From Candidatus Tokpelaia sp. JSC189 (lineage in GTDB: Bacteria; Pseudomonadota; Alphaproteobacteria; Rhizobiales; Rhizobiaceae), in contig QENA01000037.1 of the NCBI GenBank assembly GCA_003331045.1, positions 4,218 to 68,217 of the forward strand: DNA of 64,000 nt, written 5' to 3'. Numbering within the stretch: position 1 is the first letter of the stretch; every line of letters starts with the position of its first letter. Shown here piece by piece: positions 41,988 through 52,300 of the stretch. Position numbers and translations under genes: made by a program. The notes under the pieces are model-generated. The model made no database searches and had not been told where the DNA came from. It worked only from the letters and a program-made list of their open reading frames with translations.

Positions 41988-43445
41988 TCACTCCTGAATT
42001 GCTATCAATTCTTGTTCATTGAAAGCTGTGAGTGTATTAAAATGATAATCCGCATCGGCGCAAAACAGCTCACATGTAATACCGGTAACAATCCTCTCCA
42101 TACCGAATTTCAATGCTGAAATACCGGCTGAGGCGGCCAGGCTTGGCATACTGCCATAAGTATAGCTGAAAATATGTTTGAGAAATGGCGCGCTGCCCGG
42201 CTCCTTTTCTGTAAACTGGAAAGAAGACGTCATATAGGGATAGGCTGCAATCATAATATCCTCCCCAGATGCGTCCGATTGATAACGGTCAGCCCAAAGT
42301 GCAACCTTGTCACTGAAGCGTTTCAACTCAGGTCGCAGGCCGAGATCAACCTTAAAACCTGTACCAACAATGAGAAAATCAAATTCAGTGCGCTCCCGCG
42401 GTGTCACAAGCCAAAGCCTACCATCAGAAAAACCCGCCCCTTCAATCGGACTTTCCATATGCATAGTGAAATTCTCAAAACGGGCAACACGCAAATAGGT
42501 TTCCTGCGGCGGCGGCTGGTTCATCGCAAAGAGATAGCGCATGAAACGCCACTTGCTCTTGTCATCTAGATCACCAAAATGACGCAGGAACCCCGTATAT
42601 TCCATCCAACGATAAGGATTAACGGTCGGCAACTTCTTGCGCCGTACATAAAGATCAAGGCTTGCCACACTATGCTCCAGCGCCTCTGCAGCATTATCAA
42701 AAGCCGAGGCTCCGGCACCAACAACTGCGACACGCTTGCCCGCAAGCTTCGTGAAATCAATATCATCCGCCGTATGGGCATAAAATTCCCTTGGGATATT
42801 TTTGCTGATGATCTCGGGCACGATCCACTGTCCGCTGCCTTCAATCCCCGTGGTCAAAACCACATTGCGGGCAAATAGTACCCTTGACCTTTTGACCCCA
42901 CCTGGGGTACCGATTTTGCGAGTGTGGATGGCAAACAGTCCATTTTCAAGCGGCTCGATATCAGAGGCCTCTGTATTGTTTTCAATTTCGATGCCAATGA
43001 TATCACGTAGCCAAGCGAGATATTCCGCCCACCGAGCCGTAGGAATTTTTTCTAGATGCCTCCACGACTGAGCACCATATTTTGCTTCCCACCATGCCTT
43101 GATTGAAAGGCTGGGAATGCCCAGATCAGGCCCCGTCACATGTTTTGGCGTGCGCAATGTCGGCATGCGGGCATAGGTGCACCACGGACCCTCCTTACCT
43201 TTAGAATTACGATCAATAATTTTGACATTGCTCACACATTCATTGCGCAACTTGAAAGCTAGGGTAGTACCACTCTGTCCTCCGCCAATAATCAGTACAT
43301 CACTGACAGGATTCCCTTCATATTGTGTTTCTGGCACCCATGGACGTGATGGATAAATCAAACAAGAAAGATCATATTCCACCCTGCGTTCGAGATTCTG
43401 CAAGGCATCTACAATCATAGTTTGTTTCATCTGCCAATTCCCCAT
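41988..43445 (-). CDS. FAD/NAD(P)-binding oxidoreductase (two Rossmann motifs), possible urate hydroxylase
   Basis: 485-aa ORF with the dinucleotide motifs VLIIGGGQSGTT and VAVVGAGASAFDNA. It is the first gene of the minus-strand operon of the urate cluster. The specific function is not established. Confidence 0.7.
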   Translation of the reverse strand: MGNWQMKQTMIVDALQNLERRVEYDLSCLIYPSRPWVPETQYEGNPVSDVLIIGGGQSGTTLAFKLRNECVSNVKIIDRNSKGKEGPWCTYARMPTLRTPKHVTGPDLGIPSLSIKAWWEAKYGAQSWRHLEKIPTARWAEYLAWLRDIIGIEIENNTEASDIEPLENGLFAIHTRKIGTPGGVKRSRVLFARNVVLTTGIEGSGQWIVPEIISKNIPREFYAHTADDIDFTKLAGKRVAVVGAGASAFDNAAEALEHSVASLDLYVRRKKLPTVNPYRWMEYTGFLRHFGDLDDKSKWRFMRYLFAMNQPPPQETYLRVARFENFTMHMESPIEGAGFSDGRLWLVTPRERTEFDFLIVGTGFKVDLGLRPELKRFSDKVALWADRYQSDASGEDIMIAAYPYMTSSFQFTEKEPGSAPFLKHIFSYTYGSMPSLAASAGISALKFGMERIVTGITCELFCADADYHFNTLTAFNEQELIAIQE

Positions 43446-43598
43446 TAATAAAACCGCATTCTAAATCTTCCTGTACAACTAAAATTTTGATATAATACTT
43501 ATTAAAACATAATGGAAATTATTTTTTTATTAAAATTTATTTTATTTTATAAATTTTCTATTTTAGATTAAAAATATTAACATAGTTGGAGAGCGTAT
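43446..43598. promoter_or_regulatory. divergent promoter/operator region of the two ureide-catabolism operons
   Basis: A 153-bp, extremely AT-rich spacer lies between divergently oriented first genes. A GGAGAG RBS sits just before the puuE ATG. I cannot define specific -35/-10 boxes or operator sites. Confidence 0.4.
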
Positions 43599-44552
43599 AT
43601 GGATAAAGCCATTATGGATCAACTTGGATTTAGAGGAGGCAGCTATCCACGGGATATGATTGGATATGGCCGTCACATGCCCGACCCGCGATGGCCAAAC
43701 AACGCCAAGATTGCTGTTCAATTTGTTATTAACTACGAAGAAGGTGGTGAATCCTGCATTCTAGATGGCGATCCCGCATCGGAGGCCCTACTTTCTGAAA
43801 ATATCGGTGCTGTGCCCTGGCCAGGGCAGCGCAACCTTAATATCGAATCCCTTTATGAATACGGCTCACGCGCTGGATTTTGGCGGTTATGGCGTATCTT
43901 TACTTGCCATTGCCTGCCAGTCACGGTCTATGCAGTCACACTGGCGCTAATGCGCAATCCTGAAGCAGCTGCTGCCATGAAAGAGGCAAACTGGGAAATT
44001 GCCAGTCACGGTCTACGGTGGTTGGAGTACAAGGACTTTAATGAAAGCCGTGAGCGCAGCCATATTCTGGAAGCAATCCGCCTGCATGAGGAAATAATGG
44101 GTGAACGGCCGCTTGGCTTTTATCAAGGAAAGCCTTCTGGCAATACTCTGCGCCTTTTGATGGAGGAAGGCGGATTTATCTATTCATCCGACTCCTACGC
44201 CGATGAATTGCCTTATTGGATACAGGGCGTCGGAAAACCGCATCTGATTGTACCCTACACACTGGATGCCAATGATATGCGTTTTGCCACGGTACAGGGG
44301 TTCAACAGCGGCCAGCAATTTTTCACTTATCTGAGAGATAGTTTTGACATTCTTTACCGAGAAGGAAAGGAGGGGGCCCCCAAGATGCTTTCTATCGGGC
44401 TGCATTGCCGTCTTGCCGGGCACCCAGGGCGAACAGCGGCGCTTGAACGCTTCCTAAACTATGTCATGGGACATGAACATGTCTGGATAGCACGGCGCAT
44501 TGACATTGCCCGCCATTGGCATACCAACCATCCTGCAGAAAAGAGACTATAA
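43599..44552 (+). CDS. puuE: PuuE-type (polysaccharide-deacetylase fold, metal-independent) allantoinase
   Basis: 317-aa ORF with [37 protein letters not shown] and ...[15 protein letters not shown]..., as in PuuE allantoinases. Confidence 0.9.
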   Translation: MDKAIMDQLGFRGGSYPRDMIGYGRHMPDPRWPNNAKIAVQFVINYEEGGESCILDGDPASEALLSENIGAVPWPGQRNLNIESLYEYGSRAGFWRLWRIFTCHCLPVTVYAVTLALMRNPEAAAAMKEANWEIASHGLRWLEYKDFNESRERSHILEAIRLHEEIMGERPLGFYQGKPSGNTLRLLMEEGGFIYSSDSYADELPYWIQGVGKPHLIVPYTLDANDMRFATVQGFNSGQQFFTYLRDSFDILYREGKEGAPKMLSIGLHCRLAGHPGRTAALERFLNYVMGHEHVWIARRIDIARHWHTNHPAEKRL

Positions 44553-44554
44553 AC

Positions 44555-45628
44555 ATGCTAGAAAAAACTGCCGACGCCCTCATTGAGCTTGCAGTACAGC
44601 CACTGGAAAAAAATAGATTCGCACCCTTTGGTGATATCATCTATGCGGACCCTTCGCACATGAGGTTTATCAATAACGGCACAACAAAACGCTATCATGA
44701 TCTTTGCCAAGTTGAGGCCTATGGCAAGAATACATCAGTCCTAATCAATATCTTTCGGAGCAATGGCTTTTCGCTGCCAATTAATATCAATATGGTAGAG
44801 CGTCATCCTTATGGCTCGCAGGCCTTTTTCCCTCTCGATAAACGACCATTCTTGGTAGTAGTGGCTGAGGACAATGCTGGCACACCACAGACGCCGCAGG
44901 CATTTCTGGCCCAGCCAAGGCAAGGCATTAATTACCGCGCCAATACTTGGCATCACCCTTTGCTGACACTGTATAAAACAGCAGATTTTCTGGTGATAGA
45001 CTGCAAAAAACAAGAAAACAACCTTGAGGAGTATTTTTACAATACAACATATCGCATTGCCAATCTCAACTGTTACAGGAGTGACGCGCAGCCGATGAAA
45101 ATAGAGACCATAAGCTTGGATTATCTCAATACAACTTCCGCTAAATGTTTCTGCTCTATACTTTCCGGGATTTTTGAGCATTCACCTTGGGTAGCAAAGC
45201 GTATCCTATCCAAGCGACCTTTTGAATCGATCGAGGCGCTTTATTACAACATGGTGGCAGAAGTTGCAGCTTCAAGTGAAGATGAAAAGCTGACTCTTAT
45301 CCGCGCTCATCCCGAGCTTGCAGGTAAGGCTGCCCAGAAAGGTGCACTAACCACAGAATCAATCCATGAGCAAAAAGAGGCAGGACTGGACACACTGAAT
45401 GAAGAAGAATTTTCGGAATTTCATAAGCTGAATAAAGCCTATAAGAAACGTTTTGGCTTTCCCTGTATTATTGCGGCAAGAGGATTTGAAAAAATCCATA
45501 ACAAGCACTCGATTCTCGCCAATATTCGCGAACGGCTACAAAACACCCAAGATGAGGAAAATAGGGAAGCCCTGCGGCAGATTGCACGCATAGCTGAGCT
45601 GCGGCTTAAAGATCTAGTAGGAGAATAA
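44555..45628 (+). CDS. fusion protein: ureidoglycolate lyase (AllA-like) + OHCU decarboxylase (UraD-like)
   Basis: Start at ATG 44555. The N-terminal ~165 aa read ...FAPFGDIIY...INIFRS...[25 protein letters not shown] (AllA). The C-terminal ~170 aa read ...[11 protein letters not shown]...[13 protein letters not shown]...[11 protein letters not shown]... (OHCU decarboxylase). Confidence 0.85.
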   Translation: MLEKTADALIELAVQPLEKNRFAPFGDIIYADPSHMRFINNGTTKRYHDLCQVEAYGKNTSVLINIFRSNGFSLPININMVERHPYGSQAFFPLDKRPFLVVVAEDNAGTPQTPQAFLAQPRQGINYRANTWHHPLLTLYKTADFLVIDCKKQENNLEEYFYNTTYRIANLNCYRSDAQPMKIETISLDYLNTTSAKCFCSILSGIFEHSPWVAKRILSKRPFESIEALYYNMVAEVAASSEDEKLTLIRAHPELAGKAAQKGALTTESIHEQKEAGLDTLNEEEFSEFHKLNKAYKKRFGFPCIIAARGFEKIHNKHSILANIRERLQNTQDEENREALRQIARIAELRLKDLVGE

Positions 45629-45631
45629 ATA

Positions 45632-45985
45632 ATGGCTAAACTTTCAACCCACGTACTGGATACGGCGAATGGTATTCCTGCCCATAACATGCATATCGAG
45701 CTTTACGCGATGAATGACAAAGGTAAAACCCCTATTACTACAACCACAACCAACACAGATGGGCGCACCGATACGCCGCTTCTGGCCAATGAAACAATGA
45801 AACAGGGAATTTATGAAATCCGCTTTTTTGTTTCCGATTATTTTCAGAAAATGCTGGAGCAGCCAACCATTCTCCCCTTTCTCGACATTGTGCCTATCCG
45901 CTTCACCATAGCCGAAGATGACAGGAACTATCATGTACCGCTGCTTGTCAGTCCATGGTCTTATTCCACCTACCGCGGAAGCTAA
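45632..45985 (+). CDS. uraH: 5-hydroxyisourate hydrolase (transthyretin-like)
   Basis: 117-aa ORF with [14 protein letters not shown]... and the diagnostic C-terminus ...[18 protein letters not shown]. Confidence 0.93.
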   Translation: MAKLSTHVLDTANGIPAHNMHIELYAMNDKGKTPITTTTTNTDGRTDTPLLANETMKQGIYEIRFFVSDYFQKMLEQPTILPFLDIVPIRFTIAEDDRNYHVPLLVSPWSYSTYRGS

Positions 45986-46099
45986 ACTTCTGCACGGTTT
46001 TAATAAACACACCCCATTCCGGGAATCCCAGCCGGAACGGGTATGTATTGGGGTTATCTGCATAATGGTCTGAAATAAAAACTGAAAAAGGCAAATACC

Positions 46100-47464
46100 A
46101 TGCAAAACAACGTTTCTCCGGTTGATAGAATTCCGCCACTTGGTAAAATGATGGCACTGGGGTTGCAACATGTCCTTGTTATGTATACCGGAACGATTGC
46201 CATTCCGATGCTTCTGGGAAATGCCATAGGTCTTTCATTAGACAACATCATTGTGCTGATTAACACCAACCTACTGATATCAGGGGTGGCGACATTGGTT
46301 CAGACAATCGGCTTTTGGAAATTCGGTGCCCGTATCCCGTTGATTCAGGGATGCTCATTTGTTGCTCTTACGCCTGTGATCATGATTGGCCAACAATATG
46401 GCCTCAATTATATTTTTGGCGCAGCCATCATTTGCGGCGTTCTGATAATAATTGCAGCACCAGTATTCAGCCGACTGTTATGTTTCTTCCCACCAGTTGT
46501 TATCGGCAGCCTGATCACTATTATCGGTATTTCGCTCATTCCGACAGCAGCACGCTGGCTCGGCGGCGGTGACCCTGCAGCAACCGACTTCGGTAGCCTG
46601 TCAAACCTTAGCCTTGGTCTTGTGACGATGATTATCGTACTACTTGTCCATGTGTGCTTTCGCGGTTTTATAGCCAATAATAGTATTCTCATCGGGCTTC
46701 TCGGCGGGACAATGATTGCAGCAATCGCCGGTTATACGGATTTCGGCGCTGTCAATAATGCCCCGTGGTTCGCGTTAAACCGCCCCTTTGCTTTTGGGCT
46801 ACCGAAATTTGCGCCAACTCCTATTGTGCTGATGCTTATCGCGATGATTGTTATCATGATTGAAACTATGGGAGTGAGCATAACAATCGGCAACATCGTT
46901 GATCGCAAGGCAACACCAAAACTGCTGACCAATACACTTCGCGGCACTGGGCTTTCAACTATGTTGGGCGGAATATTCAGCAGCTTTCCCAATAATACCC
47001 TTATGCAAAACGCCTGCCTGATTGCTCTAACAAACATTAAAAGCCGCTATGTGATAACCTTCTCAGGTGTTATTCTTATTCTGCTTGGATTTTTTCCCAA
47101 ATTAGCGATTATTGTCGCCATGCTGCCTCCTCCTGTACTAGGTGGTGCCACCATCATCATATTCGGTATAACTATAGTTGCAGGCATTCGTGAACTCAGC
47201 CACGTATCGTATGAGGAAACGCACAATACCATTATCGTTGCGGTTTCTATCAGTATTGGCATATTGCCAATATCTCTGCCACTCCTTTTTTCGGGTATTG
47301 AGGGACCCCTTAAAATGATTTTGCAAAATGGCGCTTTTATGGGAGCTATGATGGCAGTATTGCTCAACAGCATTCTTAATAGCGGACCGACAAAAGCCTC
47401 CCCCCTACCGGCTATCGATAAGACCGACACTGATGATGCAACCATTGCAGCAACTAGCCGATAA
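46100..47464 (+). CDS. nucleobase:cation symporter-2 (NCS2) family permease, probable urate/xanthine transporter
   Basis: 454-aa polytopic ORF with NCS2-type motifs (LGLQHVLVMYTGTIAIPMLLG, ...IMIETMGV...). Substrate is inferred from context only. Confidence 0.88.
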   Translation: MQNNVSPVDRIPPLGKMMALGLQHVLVMYTGTIAIPMLLGNAIGLSLDNIIVLINTNLLISGVATLVQTIGFWKFGARIPLIQGCSFVALTPVIMIGQQYGLNYIFGAAIICGVLIIIAAPVFSRLLCFFPPVVIGSLITIIGISLIPTAARWLGGGDPAATDFGSLSNLSLGLVTMIIVLLVHVCFRGFIANNSILIGLLGGTMIAAIAGYTDFGAVNNAPWFALNRPFAFGLPKFAPTPIVLMLIAMIVIMIETMGVSITIGNIVDRKATPKLLTNTLRGTGLSTMLGGIFSSFPNNTLMQNACLIALTNIKSRYVITFSGVILILLGFFPKLAIIVAMLPPPVLGGATIIIFGITIVAGIRELSHVSYEETHNTIIVAVSISIGILPISLPLLFSGIEGPLKMILQNGAFMGAMMAVLLNSILNSGPTKASPLPAIDKTDTDDATIAATSR

Positions 47465-49296
47465 AACTAACAATTTATTACATACGAAATATCAGTACTC
47501 ATATGATTGTTAGAGGCTCTTCACTTGCCCCTGAAGCTTCTAATAAGATTATCCTGCAAAGAAAAGTTCAAACCCACACCACCTTAATATAATGAGGTAC
47601 CTGCAGCCTTAGGTAAAACATTTTAATTACTCGCACGATGAATGCCTGTGAAATTTGCTCGGCGATAAATTTGTCTCGTAGGGGCTTTGCACACGTTGCT
47701 ATGAGCCTGCCCAATTTCCATCGTATCTTAAAGTGATTCACCAGCTAATTTGGCCTACCCTCTCTCCTCACCAAGATAATTTATCATGCAATCCAATGTC
47801 AGAGAAACGCCATGCGACGTACCATTTGTCAAGTAACGTGATCAACATTATATCCTGTAGGGATACAATACATTTAAAAAATCATAAAATATATCAATTA
47901 GATAGAGCCATAATATCCCCGACGCAGGTGCTGGAATTATCATCCATCGGCAGGACATCTTCAGACCTTGTTCAAGGAGAAGTACATCAACGCCCCCAGC
48001 AACAAACAGGCATGAGACTGAGGATAATTAAACGCTATCCTGGCCTTACGCCCATATTGCTAAAGGACTATTAAGCCCCTTATGAGGAGCAATAGGACGA
48101 TAAAGGCGATAATTATGGGAATCAGAGGTGCAAAGACTTTAAGATAACAAGCATAAGCAGTCCCAGCCTGCCAGTACTGTGTCGACCGGCAACAATGTCC
48201 CTTCATTAGGGTTGAGCAAAAACCAACAATGCAGAAGTCAAGTTCATCAATAAGCGCAATCGCATTTCACAAATATTAGGGGGCTGTTGCCCTGCGATAC
48301 CGACGAGATAACTGAAGAAATACAAGACTGGTCTGCTCGATCCTAGTATGCCATCGATAATTTTCTCATAAACATAATCTAGCCGCTGCCCTCCACCTTT
48401 ATGCCCCTCTTGAACAATTTAGAATGGGCGCGGTTTTCAACAATATCGCCATTGCTGAGTAGCCAGCGGTCAGTGACAAATAATTTTGCGGAAATTTCTA
48501 GCCTATCAGCACATCGAAGATGCGGTGATTTGTTCTGTCCTAACACAACAGACCTAATGTCAGGGCTATCTGCGGATGGCTTAATGTGGCTCAATCGGTC
48601 AATCTATCCAAACCACTAAAAAACTAGAAATATTATTCAGTGCAACAAATACAGTTATACGCTTCATTGTATTCAAACCCATATAAACCCACTGTTTACA
48701 GTTTTCCAAACAGTGCAAGAGCTTTTTCCGCAGTGATCGATTAAAAACACAGCCGCGATGCCTCTAAAGGCGCTTCGAGATTGCTATGTGGCATTAGTCC
48801 TATTAGCAAATTGATTCTGGAATAATCTCCAAGTGATCAGCAACATATATACAGCAAGCACCGTGTGTACAATCTGCCATTGCTTTAAAGGTTATCCGAT
48901 ACACAAGCGCTGTAAGATCAGACGCGAGAATCACCTAGGCAGCACAAAACGATGGTTGAACCGGCATTTACGATGCCTGAACTGGATCAATTCCGACATC
49001 AAGGCTTGGCGATGGCCATATATCATGTCCGTTTTGCAGCCAATGCTCTACAACATGGTGCGTACTGTAGGGTTCTTCCCCACACCAATCCCTTCCTCGG
49101 CTTTGTAACAGGTCTTTTACAAAATGCTTGCCAAAGCCTTAAACCATAAAATCAAATTTTAATGCATGGGCAAGCAAGACAATCAGACAAATGCCAATAA
49201 CTATGATATACTAAAATCTCATAACAGCCTCTCATCTAAGCTTGCATCTTGAACAGAAAAGCCTTATAGTAAGGTAAATTCTTGATCTTAATGACA

Positions 49297-49327
49297 AGAG
49301 TGGGCCCTAAGGACCCGCTCTTTTTTG
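49297..49327 (+). terminator. orphan rho-independent terminator-like hairpin upstream of rimP
   Basis: AGAGTGGGCC-CTAA-GGACCCGCTCT (8 bp including a G-U pair, plus a further pair beyond one mismatch) is followed by TTTTTTG. No intact upstream plus-strand gene precedes it. Confidence 0.5.
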
Positions 49328-49360
49328 TTACTAAAATCTCAAGTACGAAGCGGGATTTTT

Positions 49361-49978
49361 ATGAGTAAACTGACAATAGTGCCAACCTCTCTTGACGAAC
49401 CACGCCTAACACAGGAAACTGGTGTTGAGGGACGGGTGGCTGCTGTTATTGAACCGGTCCTCAAACCATCGGGTTATCGTCTTGTGCGGGTTCGTCTATC
49501 TAGGCTTAGTGGGCTAACATTACAGATTATGGCCGAACGTGCCGATGGCATCATGACTATTGAGGATTGTGAACTTGTTAGCCGGACGATCTCACCCGTT
49601 CTAGATGCGGAAGACCTAATTGACCGCCAGTACCATTTGGAAGTTTCCTCTCCCGGTATTGACCGCCCGCTGGTGCGTAAATCCGATTTTGCCAACTGGC
49701 AGGGTTATATTGTCAAGGCTGAGACCAGCGTGATGATCGGCAGTCGGAAAAAATTCCACGGTCATATCACGAATGTTGATAGCGAAGGTTTTGGTATCGA
49801 AACCAATGAAATTGCTTATGGCGAGATATTAGTAGTGCGTATTCCTTTTATCAACCTCACCAAGGCGCGTCTTGTTTTAACAGATAAGCTGATTCGTGAT
49901 GCGTTGCATTGTGGATGTAGCCCAAATAGAAGATTACTGGAAATGACTCGGACCATGACGAATTTGTCACTAAAATAG
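49361..49978 (+). CDS. rimP: ribosome maturation factor RimP
   Basis: Start at ATG 49361. It has the RimP motif ...[14 protein letters not shown].. and lies immediately upstream of nusA. Confidence 0.9.
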   Translation: MSKLTIVPTSLDEPRLTQETGVEGRVAAVIEPVLKPSGYRLVRVRLSRLSGLTLQIMAERADGIMTIEDCELVSRTISPVLDAEDLIDRQYHLEVSSPGIDRPLVRKSDFANWQGYIVKAETSVMIGSRKKFHGHITNVDSEGFGIETNEIAYGEILVVRIPFINLTKARLVLTDKLIRDALHCGCSPNRRLLEMTRTMTNLSLK

Positions 49979-50051
49979 TGGAAATCTTATTCCTAAAAAA
50001 GTGAAACTTAGACCGTCTTGAAAAACGGTAACACACGAAGGAGAAAACCCG

Positions 50052-51647
50052 ATGGCTGTGAGTGCAAACAGGCTCGAACTTCTGCAGATTGCAGATGCTG
50101 TCGCACGTGAAAAGTCAATTGACCGCGAAATTGTTATCGCAGCTATGGCTGATGCCATTCAGAAAGCTGCACGCTCGCGCTACGGGCAGGAAACTAATAT
50201 CCGAGCTGATATCAACTCGAAATCCGGCGATATCAAGCTGCAACGACTGATGGAGGTGGTCGAAACGGTCGAGCATTATGCTACCCAGATTTCACTTGAA
50301 GATGCACATGCAAAAAAGCCGGATGCACAGATCGGTGATTTTCTTTCTGATCTTCTTCCCCCCATGGATTTCAGCCGTATTGCTGCCCAATCTGCCAAGC
50401 AGGTCATTGTCCAGAAAGTCCGCGAAGCCGAACGTGACCGCCAGTTTGAAGAATACAAGAATCGAATCGGTGAGATTGTTTCAGGTACAGTGAAACGCGT
50501 TGAATACGGCAATGTCATTATTGATCTGGGTCGCGGTGAAGCAATTGCACGCCGTGATGAATTAATTCAGCGCGAAGCGTTCCGTTATGGCGACCGTATC
50601 CGCGCCTATATCTATGATGTACGCCGTGAGCAGCGCGGGCCGCAGATATTCCTATCACGGACACACCCACAATTTATGGCAAAGCTCTTTACCATGGAAG
50701 TGCCGGAAATTTATGATAGCATTATCGAAATTAAGTCTGTTGCTCGTGATCCAGGTTCACGTGCCAAGATTGCGGTTATCTCGCGGGATGCATCAATTGA
50801 CCCGGTCGGTGCCTGTGTGGGCATGCGTGGCAGCCGCGTACAGGCTGTGGTTGGAGAACTGCAGGGTGAAAAAATTGATATTATTCCTTGGTCACCTGAT
50901 GTGGCAACATTCATCGTCAATGCATTGCAGCCGGCAGAGGTTGTCAAGGTTGTGCTTGATGAAGATGCCGAACGTATTGAGGTTGTAGTACCGGATGACC
51001 AACTGAGCCTTGCAATTGGCCGGCGTGGTCAGAATGTACGTCTCGCCTCACAGCTTACTGGCTGGGATATTGACATTATGACGGAACAGGAAGAATCCGA
51101 GCGTCGTCAGAAAGAATTTTCCGACCGTTCCAAACTGTTCATGGAAGCGCTTGACGTCGATGAAATGGTTGGGCAGGTGCTAGCCTCTGAAGGTTTTGTA
51201 TCGATTGAGGAAGTTGCCTATGTCAATGCCAGTGAAATTGCATCGATCGAAGGATTTGACGAAGATACGGCAATAGAAATCCAGAACCGTGCCAAAGAAT
51301 ATCTTGAGCGGATCGAAAAAAAAATTGACAGAAAGCGTAAGGAACTCGGCGTTGTTGATGAACTGCGTGACATTTCTGGCATAACAACGGCCATGATGGT
51401 GGCAATCGGTGAAAATGGTGTCAAGACGATTGAAGATTTTGCGGGATATGCAGCAGATGATCTAATTGGTTGGCGCGAGCGTAAAGATGGAAAAACAGTC
51501 AGCTATCCGGGCATTTTAAGTTCCTTTGAGATAAGCCGTTCTGATGCAGAACAGATGATTGTGGATGCTCGTATCAAGGCAGGATGGCTTACAAAAGAAG
51601 ATGTTACCGGAAAATTTGCCCACAACACGCAAGAGGCAAACACTTAA
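50052..51647 (+). CDS. nusA: transcription termination/antitermination factor NusA
   Basis: 531-aa ORF with an N-terminal domain, S1 and two KH domains (...GACVGMRGSRVQAVVGEL.GEKIDI...), and C-terminal acidic repeats. Confidence 0.97.
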   Translation: MAVSANRLELLQIADAVAREKSIDREIVIAAMADAIQKAARSRYGQETNIRADINSKSGDIKLQRLMEVVETVEHYATQISLEDAHAKKPDAQIGDFLSDLLPPMDFSRIAAQSAKQVIVQKVREAERDRQFEEYKNRIGEIVSGTVKRVEYGNVIIDLGRGEAIARRDELIQREAFRYGDRIRAYIYDVRREQRGPQIFLSRTHPQFMAKLFTMEVPEIYDSIIEIKSVARDPGSRAKIAVISRDASIDPVGACVGMRGSRVQAVVGELQGEKIDIIPWSPDVATFIVNALQPAEVVKVVLDEDAERIEVVVPDDQLSLAIGRRGQNVRLASQLTGWDIDIMTEQEESERRQKEFSDRSKLFMEALDVDEMVGQVLASEGFVSIEEVAYVNASEIASIEGFDEDTAIEIQNRAKEYLERIEKKIDRKRKELGVVDELRDISGITTAMMVAIGENGVKTIEDFAGYAADDLIGWRERKDGKTVSYPGILSSFEISRSDAEQMIVDARIKAGWLTKEDVTGKFAHNTQEANT

Positions 51648-51652
51648 AGAAT

Positions 51653-52300
51653 ATGGACACAAGCATGATCGAGCGCACTTGTATCATCACACGCACATGC
51701 GGTTCACCGGACATGATGATTCGCTTTGTTGCCGGTCCTGATGGATTGGTGATGCCCGACCTGACGGGCAGGCTTCCCGGGCGAGGCGCTTGGCTAGTTC
51801 CCTCACGCAAAGTGCTCGAAGAAGCTATCAGACGCAAAGCATTTGCGCGGAGCCTGAAACAGGATGTACGCATTGCTGATGATATGCCCTATATACTTGA
51901 TTGCTTATTGACAAAAGCTGCCCTTCAGAGTCTTTCTCTAGCACGGCGAGGTCGCGGGGTTATAATAGGAACATTGAAGATCATCACCGCAATCCATACC
52001 GGTGACATAAAGATGGTATTGCATGGCACCGAAGCAGCAAAAGACGGTAGGCGAAAAATTGCACAAGCGATTCACGCCGCCGGCAAACGGGGAGTTGAAA
52101 AACCACTTGTAGTAACTCTTTTTATGACCGAGGAAATGAATTTAGCATTTGGAGATAATAATGTGATACATGCTGCTATAACTAAGAGCTTGGCAGCAGA
52201 TGGTTTTATCAGAAGAACACGGCAACTCATGGCCTATCGTGATGAGAATGCAATGAGCTGGGATGAAGATATGGCAAAAGCCGTAAAGGAAGCGGAATGA
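51653..52300 (+). CDS. YlxR/DUF448-family RNA-binding protein with L7Ae-like C-terminal domain
   Basis: It contains [20 protein letters not shown]...GRGAWL (the DUF448 motif). It occupies the conserved slot between nusA and infB, with an ATGA overlap onto infB. Start chosen at ATG 51653. Confidence 0.8.
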   Translation: MDTSMIERTCIITRTCGSPDMMIRFVAGPDGLVMPDLTGRLPGRGAWLVPSRKVLEEAIRRKAFARSLKQDVRIADDMPYILDCLLTKAALQSLSLARRGRGVIIGTLKIITAIHTGDIKMVLHGTEAAKDGRRKIAQAIHAAGKRGVEKPLVVTLFMTEEMNLAFGDNNVIHAAITKSLAADGFIRRTRQLMAYRDENAMSWDEDMAKAVKEAE

